In this document: positions 57,401 to 64,000 of the stretch, in pieces
Numbering within the stretch: the first letter of the stretch is position 1
Layout of the letters: each line of letters begins with the position of its first letter
The notes under the pieces: generated by a model
What the model saw: only the letters and a program-made list of their open reading frames with translations
Databases searched by the model: none
Told to the model about the DNA's origin: nothing
Translations under genes and position numbers: made by a program
From: a virus
DNA length: 64,000 nucleotides
Virus record (IMG/VR): IMGVR_UViG_3300032213_001637
Location: 45,022 to 109,021 of that record
Direction: 5' to 3' (one strand)

Positions 57401-57728
57401 CGTAGATAACAAACGGACTATCTTGTTTATATCCGGTTAAAGCACCTACACGACAAATGGTAACTAGACCTTGTTCTTGTAGATACTGTTTGGCTGTGTA
57501 TGGGCCGTAATATACGCCGTCCGATACACCGAATTTTTCTTCTAACTCAGCTACGCTGGTGACAATCGTTGGAGCAAACCCCGGTCCCTTTGGAAAGGGA
57601 GCGACAATGGCCCCACCGATATCAGAAACGCCCTGAGCAAGTCCTGATAGATCGTTTTCACGACTGAAAACGCCTGGACTCACAATTTTATCATGTGGGG
57701 TAAATGTTCCCCCTTCTGTAATTGGCAT
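54420..57728 (-). CDS. Tail sheath protein (T4 gp18-like)
   Basis: SPGVFSRENDLS, KGP, YYPWV, WFAPAGLNRG, NPIAAFPG.GI.VWGQKTL, LDRINVRRL, FEQN, PTKTAEFI. Confidence 0.96.
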   Translation of the reverse strand: MPITEGGTFTPHDKIVSPGVFSRENDLSGLAQGVSDIGGAIVAPFPKGPGFAPTIVTSVAELEEKFGVSDGVYYGPYTAKQYLQEQGLVTICRVGALTGYKQDSPFVIYAIPGYYNRATQSGSFTALGTADSSYIALDPDDITVNVQYVSSSAGTEILTVTGSLYANFETSSFSTYNPPGTSGNKTYTTRYIGDVNLTFNAASFEISSSYQGDLTISAEAKLLRALAEQSGKLSGSLATTSSLVKLSDDFPVSGDASSVIINSINFAKYRPTNSCGVQIQLTCNITGSFGKFTTFTETVVSGGDPCNPGAAREAVVLAVLANTQNATIQSDANNKLSQVVYGFEGSVLSKKIATSGLYSGSEDPTAQDYVLDLRYNIGGSSGSYGIYELSLDPASSNYITNVFGSDPTAGDPAKQVAGQKIEAAYLYNIFKDTIARIAEESTDPSDGWKIVGSEAPYTPVGAENKVQFNGNPLKLTDDFGYTPTTGYSDFSLKWATTPWVNSQQVAPFTGTSDITARPQRFPLFRLHTLADGTNTNTSYKVEISDVKLAGTVAGSDYGSFTLSVRRFSDTDKNPKYLERFQNLNLDPDSSNFIARRIGDRYNYIAFSGKIIEFGTYANLSKYVRIEMTENVYPEAVIPYGFDALATPIGGNVGGFLPPVQFTRASTYSTAPGKYPSGIVFGEPPVGAADDLLSLYPTSSVGVYSVHNDNLQYFAPLPAYEGFTSIGNNVVFDLETGDTHNLTGSKQPDVQNDSGGVPSTYDAAYESTRVKMRKFVFGFQGGFDGQSPAIPINVGSDIIPGNTQGLNCTNITSPGSVAYRQCIGALGNADEFDINLIVTPGIFYQHHSYVAQLTIDMCEARGDCFYIMDNVVFPKSNQSTGLIDAAINVANTIDSSYAATYYPWVKILDTNMNKIISVPPSVVLPAIYAANDKSSAEWFAPAGLNRGGITQAVQVLDRLTHGERDTLYEGRVNPIAAFPGQGICVWGQKTLQIAPSALDRINVRRLMINLKKFIASSSRFLVFEQNVANTRNRFLSIVNPYLEQVQSRSGLYAFQVKMDETNNTPDLIDRNILYGQIFLQPTKTAEFIILDFNILPTGASFGA

Positions 57729-57788
57729 ATGCTAAATTTCCTTTCGATTGGTTAAGTTTTGTATGAGACGCATACAAAAAACTCTAAA

Positions 57789-57796
57789 TATAAATA
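57789..57796 (-). promoter_or_regulatory. Putative late promoter motif TATTTATA (representative copy)
   Basis: The same motif lies upstream of minus-strand genes at 22076, 28477, 50583, 52101, 54058 and 54342; variant TATTTATT at 39797 and 52688. Confidence 0.6.
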
Positions 57797-57823
57797 TTTC
57801 TAAAAATATGAAAGACTACATAT

Positions 57824-58639
57824 TTATATTTTAAGACTATTTTTTAGTGTGTAATTTATTGCATTAATCACATCTGCATCACTTATGGTATATGTACACT
57901 CATGTTGTCTATATGTTCCTTTGTAATGTGGACACCATATATCTTCCCATTTTATTTCTAAGTTATTATCGTTATAACAGCCAAAACAAATACTATCATC
58001 TGATGGACCCAACCGAACAATATTACTATTAAACTCAAAATAACGCTTGGTATGACCACTTATCATGATCACAGGTACACCCAAACACCATGCCAACCAC
58101 GCTAATCCGGAACTAACACCTATATAAACAGAAGAACTATATATCAAATCACACACTTGCAACAGATCCAAACCAGTACAATCAGTGACATTTGATAATA
58201 AAGTTGGTTCATTCGATATTGCAATTGGATCGTATCCTATAGTTTTAACATATTGCGTCGTCTTAAACCATCCAATAGGATTATTCCACGATTTACAATA
58301 GTTACTTCCATATTCAGAAAAAGTAATCGTTTTACCCGGCGTCTTTTTAAGTTTGGATAGATTAAACCTCGGACGTTGTTCAACATAATCAACCCCCAAT
58401 GCGTGCGCAGATGACCATTGTAGAGGTTTTTCACGATCAAACACATCAATTACTATCTTCTTGTCATAAGAAGACGGTATTTCAAATTTCAGGTTAGGAT
58501 AAGAGTCCGCAAATAAATTTTTATAATAAAAGTTTGTATAGACATCCCAACCGTATTTCTCTCTTGCAATATCAATATAAGGCAACCACGCAATGCCGTC
58601 ACCCAATTGGTTGCTTTCAAGATGTACGTATACTTTCAT
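57824..58639 (-). CDS. TibC/AAH-like (autotransporter heptosyltransferase-type) glycosyltransferase
   Basis: SNQLGDGIAW, KSWNNP.GW, IGVSSGLAWLAW, iron-finger C..GC..WCP..EC. Confidence 0.8.
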   Translation of the reverse strand: MKVYVHLESNQLGDGIAWLPYIDIAREKYGWDVYTNFYYKNLFADSYPNLKFEIPSSYDKKIVIDVFDREKPLQWSSAHALGVDYVEQRPRFNLSKLKKTPGKTITFSEYGSNYCKSWNNPIGWFKTTQYVKTIGYDPIAISNEPTLLSNVTDCTGLDLLQVCDLIYSSSVYIGVSSGLAWLAWCLGVPVIMISGHTKRYFEFNSNIVRLGPSDDSICFGCYNDNNLEIKWEDIWCPHYKGTYRQHECTYTISDADVINAINYTLKNSLKI

Positions 58640-60713
58640 CTATAATAAGTTTGTTGATCGTATCAATAACCATTTGAGAACTAATTTCTTTGGAACACTC
58701 AAATTGACGTGGCGTACCTTTTTGACGAGGACACCAGTTCCAATCACCACGATCAAAATCATGTTCATTCCAACAACCGTTACACACATTGGTATTGATA
58801 ACACGATACGGCGTGAAAAATTCGCTACGAGGTAAACTAAAACCACTCACCAATATCGTATGCTTTTTAATTGCCCAAGATAACCATGACAAACCAGACC
58901 CAATGCCAATGAAAAACTCACAATTATACAATAAATTTATAGTTTCCTGTATATCCTTGTCTCCAGACAAATTTATAATATTGTTAAACCGATCTTCCTT
59001 TTCAGCTTGAATCAATACCGGCTTCAAACCAATACTGTTCAAATAATCACACGTTTCCTGCCAACCAGTAGGATTGTTCCAATACTTGGCTTGAGCCGTT
59101 GATTGTGTTGCAAAACAAACATACTTTTGTTCAATTTTCCTATCGGTATTCTTAATTACAATATTAGGTTTAATCTCTTTGTGATTTATACCCAATATAG
59201 ACGATGATAAACGTTGTAAAGATACATCCTTGTAATTAAACAATGAACGATGGGTATCCGGATAACACCCAACTATATAAATAGCATAAAAATTGCCACT
59301 CCACTGTAATCCACAAAACTTAAGGTCCGGATAGTTATCTTGAAATAATGATGACCAATTCGTAGCACATGTAACATTACATCCGTGTTTTTTTCTAAAC
59401 TCTTCCACATACGGAAACCACGCAATACAATCTCCCAACGATTTAGTATCCAAACAAATTAAAACCTCTTTGTTCTTCAAATTAAGTTTTTGATCCAATA
59501 TTAACTTCGAATCCACGTTAACCTTGATACGATATGGCACATAACGTTTGATCAAACATTTTGACCACTCGTTCGTTTTCATCGTGCCACTATACAAACT
59601 ATCATCGGTGTCATCATCAATAAAATCAAAACTATAACGAGTATCAACATTACCACCGGTAATGGACAAATGTGCACCATCAGTATAGTTAATCTCGATC
59701 TTAGCACCTTGCATTTGTTTATCGACACGTTTGGTCGAATCATAAATTTCATTTAACTCATTTGTCATACGATATTCATCAATCTTTCGATATTCTCTAA
59801 CCAAATCATCTACAACATGATTCCAATCGTTGGTTGTTGCATATTTAAACCCCTCTTTACACAATATACGATAATCGTTCATCGCCTTACAAACACCATC
59901 ATATACAGATTCGACATTTCTTTCGATCTTCACCATTCCCGGCAAACTATCACTATCATATGTTGATACCACAGGTAAACCACATGACAACGCTTCTATC
60001 AATGTCAAATTCGGATGACCTGCTTCAACAGAAGATGGATGTAGAAAAATAGTGTGATCTTGATACACCTTTAATAAGGCATCTTCATTTAAATCGTACA
60101 AGAAAGTCAACTTGTCATACGGTTTAAAATCTTTGTTCTTTTCAAAAAATTCTTTGTTTGCAATTGGTCCCGCAACTGTAATTTCCAAATTAAGTTTTCT
60201 TGCAGCTTCAATCGCATACACAAAACCCTTACGATCAAATGACATATCTTCAGCCAAACCATTTCGACCAATACACAATAGTTTATGTTGTTTATTAGAC
60301 GGATCTCCCGGTTTAAAAAATGATGTATTTGTACCGTGACGCAAATACTTCACACGACGACTGTCAAAATATGAAACCAAATGTTTAGCAGGAACAAATG
60401 ATAAAACAGACTTTTCAATTGCTTCCCGGTTTTGATTATATAAATTTGAACTGTTACCATACACCTCAGTATGATGATCGTGCATTGTAAACACATACGG
60501 AATACCACGTTCGTGGGCTATAATTCCAAGATTGGCAACATGAATATGAACAATGTCATAATCTTCTTTGCGAACATCATCAAGATACTTGATATCACAT
60601 GTATGTCCCAATCGTTCCAACGACTGTTTATATTCCCAAATAATCTTTTCAACTGCACCCCACCCATTCGGAGGAATAGAAATTAATCCCGGTGTAACAT
60701 GACAAATTTTCAT
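58617..60713 (-). CDS. Two-domain GT4 + TibC/AAH-like heptosyltransferase
   Basis: GT4 part: IPPNGWGAVE and EAGHPNLTLIEA. C-terminal part: KSLGDCIAW, STAQAKYWNN, IGIGSGLSWLSW, CNGCWN..WCP..FECSK. Confidence 0.85.
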   Translation of the reverse strand: MKICHVTPGLISIPPNGWGAVEKIIWEYKQSLERLGHTCDIKYLDDVRKEDYDIVHIHVANLGIIAHERGIPYVFTMHDHHTEVYGNSSNLYNQNREAIEKSVLSFVPAKHLVSYFDSRRVKYLRHGTNTSFFKPGDPSNKQHKLLCIGRNGLAEDMSFDRKGFVYAIEAARKLNLEITVAGPIANKEFFEKNKDFKPYDKLTFLYDLNEDALLKVYQDHTIFLHPSSVEAGHPNLTLIEALSCGLPVVSTYDSDSLPGMVKIERNVESVYDGVCKAMNDYRILCKEGFKYATTNDWNHVVDDLVREYRKIDEYRMTNELNEIYDSTKRVDKQMQGAKIEINYTDGAHLSITGGNVDTRYSFDFIDDDTDDSLYSGTMKTNEWSKCLIKRYVPYRIKVNVDSKLILDQKLNLKNKEVLICLDTKSLGDCIAWFPYVEEFRKKHGCNVTCATNWSSLFQDNYPDLKFCGLQWSGNFYAIYIVGCYPDTHRSLFNYKDVSLQRLSSSILGINHKEIKPNIVIKNTDRKIEQKYVCFATQSTAQAKYWNNPTGWQETCDYLNSIGLKPVLIQAEKEDRFNNIINLSGDKDIQETINLLYNCEFFIGIGSGLSWLSWAIKKHTILVSGFSLPRSEFFTPYRVINTNVCNGCWNEHDFDRGDWNWCPRQKGTPRQFECSKEISSQMVIDTINKLIIDESIRTS

Positions 60714-63106
60714 AACGATTTAAAATTATAGTGCGGCGAACCCACTTTGATATAACTATTAAATTCATCAATAGAATCTATTGTTTTAAAACGACAAATC
60801 GCATTGCTGTTAATTACATATGCAACACTCGGTTTGTCATTTTTTGGATTCAACGATGTAAATAAAATGTTATTTGCAAACATATGTGAATGTGTCTTAC
60901 GAACATATTGTACAAATTGATCCGGGGGTGTACACAATGAAACGTCCTTGATAACCACATTGATTTCGTTATCATAGTTTTCCAGTTGACGAACTACATC
61001 AAGTTCAGATTGATGTGAATAACTTCTGTATGTAACACCCCAAACAGATAATTCCGTAATATAATCCAAGTTAACATCGTTACAATTAACATGATGAAGA
61101 TTAATAGCGTTGGATGGTATCAACGATTTACCATGAAATAAAAATCGTCCATTTTTATCAATATCATGAATATTTGATACTGTTATTTTCTTTAAATTAA
61201 TACACTCAGAGTCAGAATTGTATTCTTCTAATGTTACATCATAAACGCATCCCGGTTTTACATTAACAACTTGATAAAAGTTTCTGTTTGATAACTGAAC
61301 ATAACCAATTTTCAAAATACACACCCGGTTTTCATACACACGAATAATAACATTCTTGTTATCAACCAAGTTGGAAGAACTTTTCCAAACATAAAACTTG
61401 GTAAATTCATCGTTGGGAACCACAGTAAAATACTCAACACAAGAAAACGCATTCAAAGAACTGTGTGGAAACAATTCACTTTCGTTCTTTTTAGTAATAA
61501 TCAAGTCATTTAAATTGTTCTTTAACACATGATACGTGTAATTCTCCAAACTATTTGATGGAGAGTCGTGTTTAACAATACTTGCATTATAATCCAATTC
61601 AGTATATACACTTTCAAATTTTTCAATAAAATAATCATTGTCAATAACAAAAAATACAGTCTTTAACGTGTCACCTTCGCCCAATACTTCATGAATAAAA
61701 AACCCTTTGGATGATGATATACGTAACTTGTTAACAATATCATCAACCACCAACAAATCCTTATCGTTTAAAACAATATCATAGTTCAAACATACACTAT
61801 AACGATATCCAAGTTCTTTTGACTTACGTATACCATTCTGATAGTTGGTCCAAACAGCCAATCCATGATAATTATCATTGTCATTAGCCTTTAAATTAAT
61901 GTCACACTTGTATCGACCAGTATTCCACCACGCTTTACAATAATAGGTATGCTTGATAATAGGATTACGTTCATCATAAACAACCGTATCCGCAATATTC
62001 CTAAACTTTTCATATGAAGAATGATGTGTAGTCAAAATACGATGAGCGTTAGTCAGTGATCGTAAACATTGAACCGTAGTAACAAAAGACACAGACGTGG
62101 TAGGATACGTCGATACAATATAAGAATAATCAGGTACTATCTTTTTTTTTAAAATATACGATCTGATAATATCAACATTCTTATCCAAATCATTCGATAA
62201 ATATTTGATATTTGAATACCGATCATACATGTTGAGATACACCGGTAAGTTATATATCAACGACGGTAACTTGTAACTAATAGCTTCACGTATAACAATA
62301 GGACTTGTCTCTTTATCATTGTCATTTCCACGACTTGTAAACAAAAACAAGTCCATACTACTATAAAACGTGTCAACATCACTACGTTCACCCCACACTT
62401 TACAGTTAGATGGTAAATTTTTAAGAATTGGTGACCAATATGACTCAAAATTACCAGCTGTATTACCAATAAAGTGAAACTGAACAGGCAAATCAATCAT
62501 CTTTTTTGCATACTCAACAATTTCACCCTGATTTTTTCGCGGTGACCATAAACCCACATTCACCACATGCAATAAATTAGGATCCAACCCCAAACTAACC
62601 AACGATTTATCCCTATTACCAACTCTATCCTTATGAACAATAGGATATTCTACAACATGTGAATCAATTTTTAACGGATTCATTTGTTGTTTCTGAAAAT
62701 TACTCACAAAAACAAACCGATCCGGAAAAAAACGCTTTGACGCAGTATTAAAACTACTATCATGTGAGGTTTCTACAATATTATAAGATCGGGTATTAAC
62801 ATAAACCTTCGACGCAATATCGTCAGACATATAATACTCTGGCATTTCTTCCAAATGTATTATGTCAGGTTGTACTTTATCAATAATCGATAACAATTGT
62901 TCTTTGTTATCACCCAAAACAAAATATCGGTCTTTCAATAACTCCCGCACTTGGTTCTTCTGAACAACAAACCACTCACCATAATCATTGTACTCTACAC
63001 AATATAAATCATGTATATCATTCAATAACCGCAGTTTCTTTAAAAGATACTGCGGACACCCACCAGTAGATAAATGAGGAGTAATGTAAAGAATTTTATA
63101 ACTCAT
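60710..63106 (-). CDS. Multidomain glycosyltransferase (N-terminal GT4)
   Basis: PHLSTGGCPQY, NVGLWSPRKNQ, DLFLFTS..E.SPIVIREA; a second domain contains LNYD. ATG at 63106. Confidence 0.8.
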   Translation of the reverse strand: MSYKILYITPHLSTGGCPQYLLKKLRLLNDIHDLYCVEYNDYGEWFVVQKNQVRELLKDRYFVLGDNKEQLLSIIDKVQPDIIHLEEMPEYYMSDDIASKVYVNTRSYNIVETSHDSSFNTASKRFFPDRFVFVSNFQKQQMNPLKIDSHVVEYPIVHKDRVGNRDKSLVSLGLDPNLLHVVNVGLWSPRKNQGEIVEYAKKMIDLPVQFHFIGNTAGNFESYWSPILKNLPSNCKVWGERSDVDTFYSSMDLFLFTSRGNDNDKETSPIVIREAISYKLPSLIYNLPVYLNMYDRYSNIKYLSNDLDKNVDIIRSYILKKKIVPDYSYIVSTYPTTSVSFVTTVQCLRSLTNAHRILTTHHSSYEKFRNIADTVVYDERNPIIKHTYYCKAWWNTGRYKCDINLKANDNDNYHGLAVWTNYQNGIRKSKELGYRYSVCLNYDIVLNDKDLLVVDDIVNKLRISSSKGFFIHEVLGEGDTLKTVFFVIDNDYFIEKFESVYTELDYNASIVKHDSPSNSLENYTYHVLKNNLNDLIITKKNESELFPHSSLNAFSCVEYFTVVPNDEFTKFYVWKSSSNLVDNKNVIIRVYENRVCILKIGYVQLSNRNFYQVVNVKPGCVYDVTLEEYNSDSECINLKKITVSNIHDIDKNGRFLFHGKSLIPSNAINLHHVNCNDVNLDYITELSVWGVTYRSYSHQSELDVVRQLENYDNEINVVIKDVSLCTPPDQFVQYVRKTHSHMFANNILFTSLNPKNDKPSVAYVINSNAICRFKTIDSIDEFNSYIKVGSPHYNFKSL

Positions 63107-63139
63107 TATATACAATTATCAATATAACCAATTGAACAA

Positions 63140-64000
63140 TTATTTTATTTTTTCCATCAATTCTTTAACCTGTTTCTCCAAAATAGTCACTCTCTCATTC
63201 AATTCCTTGAACGCATTGATCGTTACCCATTGAAGTTTCTCAGAATTAACCCAGTAATACCTTTGTGGTCCACTGTCATTTGGATGTGCTTTTTGTTCAA
63301 ATGTAGTCACAATTTCAGGAAAATCATTCATTACATCTTGAGCCACTATACCATATGACACAACTTCATCTGACATCTTGTTATTGCCAAGAACGTTGTA
63401 TTCAAATGATACAGGATTCAATTTCAACAAATCATCCAACCCCTTAGTCAACGGACGTATGTTCTTCTTCAAACGACGATCCGATGTACCACCACCCGCC
63501 GCACCTTGCGCACCTTGTGAACCAGTTGAACCAGTTAAACCTTTGACACCACTCGTTCCAGCTGCGCCTTGAGCACCTTGAGAACCTGTCCCCGGTACAC
63601 CTTGAAAACCTTGAGCGCCTTGTGCACCTTGAGAACCTGTCCCCGGTACCCCTTGAAAACCTTGTGCACCTTGTGCACCTTGTGCGCCTTGAGCACCTTG
63701 TGCGCCTTGAGCACCTTGTACACCTGATGAACCAGATGCACCTTGTGCGCCCTGTGCGCCCTGTGCACCACCACCACCTTGTGAACCTTGCGCACCTTGG
63801 ACACCTGATGAACCTCCAGCACCTTGTGCGCCCTGAGCACCTTGTGCGCCTTGAAAACCTTGAGCGCCTTGTGCGCCCTGAGCACCTTGTGCGCCTGATG
63901 TGCCAGATGAACCCGCCGCACCTTGTGCGCCCTGAGCACCTTGTGCGCCTTGAAAACCTTGAGCGCCTTGTGCGCCCTGAGCACCTTGTGCGCCTGATGT
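63140..64000 (-). CDS. Collagen-like tail fibre with C-terminal peptidase S74 chaperone (5' truncated)
   Basis: The frame is open from the window end: (GAQ)n/GFQ/GSSGTS triplets, then SDRRLKKNI..L.PVSF.Y..GIVAQDV..PE.V and a terminal coiled coil. Confidence 0.92.
   Translation of the reverse strand, partial: TSGAQGAQGAQGAQGFQGAQGAQGAQGAAGSSGTSGAQGAQGAQGAQGFQGAQGAQGAQGAGGSSGVQGAQGSQGGGGAQGAQGAQGASGSSGVQGAQGAQGAQGAQGAQGAQGFQGVPGTGSQGAQGAQGFQGVPGTGSQGAQGAAGTSGVKGLTGSTGSQGAQGAAGGGTSDRRLKKNIRPLTKGLDDLLKLNPVSFEYNVLGNNKMSDEVVSYGIVAQDVMNDFPEIVTTFEQKAHPNDSGPQRYYWVNSEKLQWVTINAFKELNERVTILEKQVKELMEKIK
63497..64000 (-). repeat. 9 bp-unit collagen (Gly-X-Y) coding repeat array
   Basis: GGy GCn CAr units, with higher-order duplications such as the GFQGVPGTGSQ block at about 63573-63664. 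Confidence 0.9.

Noticed and set aside
63140-63472. S74 domain as a separate 110 aa gene
   Set aside because: The frame is open upstream to the window edge, and the TTG start falls inside the SDRRLK motif.
63535-63984. 149 aa KAHKV-repeat ORF in the track
   Set aside because: It is an off-frame reading of the collagen repeat. The Gly-X-Y frame is continuous with the S74 domain.
63497-64000. Possible CRISPR array or satellite
   Set aside because: The units are 9 bp with synonymous third-position variation and no unique spacers, so this is a coding repeat.
1-64000. Stop-codon reassignment as seen in some large phages
   Set aside because: Conserved genes are full length in the standard code, and TAA, TGA and TAG all end genes at plausible positions (e.g. 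TGA 2885, TAG 9339).

Overview
The window is a gene-dense, AT-rich 64 kb piece of a large (jumbo-type) contractile-tailed dsDNA phage distantly related to T4. I see no tRNA, rRNA, CRISPR array, integrase or bacterial housekeeping genes. Layout: (1) 1-14309 (+): the end of a dUTPase, then about 14 kb of tightly coupled glycan genes (GT4, GT2, GT11 fucosyltransferase, ABO-like GT6, HtrL- and WcbI-like genes, two FkbM methyltransferases, glf). (2) 14310-18245 (-): a dTDP-sugar cassette meeting that operon head-on (rmlA, an NRS/ER-like epimerase-reductase, a sugar C-methyltransferase, rmlB). (3) 18242-41175 (-): early and replication genes (dNMP kinase, clamp-loader small subunit, UvsE, a DUF4338/DruA-like protein, a MoxR-vWA pair, NrdAB, helicase, 5'-3' exonuclease, RecA, gp32-like SSB, a compact family A polymerase). 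(4) 41210-57728 (-): the tail module (baseplate, LysM wedge, tape measure, chaperone, tube, sheath), with a nucleotidyltransferase and a HAD nucleotidase inserted. (5) 57824-64000 (-): a collagen/S74 tail fibre followed by three glycosyltransferase genes, two of them TibC/AAH-type protein heptosyltransferases. The best candidate for a new system is phage-encoded cytoplasmic glycosylation of virion proteins (fibre heptosylation plus methylated, possibly blood-group-like glycans). Other notable signals are an unannotated startless ORF implying a +1 frameshift in the tail chaperone, a putative late promoter TATTTATA (the inverse of the T4 late promoter), near-leaderless sigma70 transcripts and a shared capsid-targeting-like N-terminal motif. 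All family calls come from motif recognition; no database searches were run.
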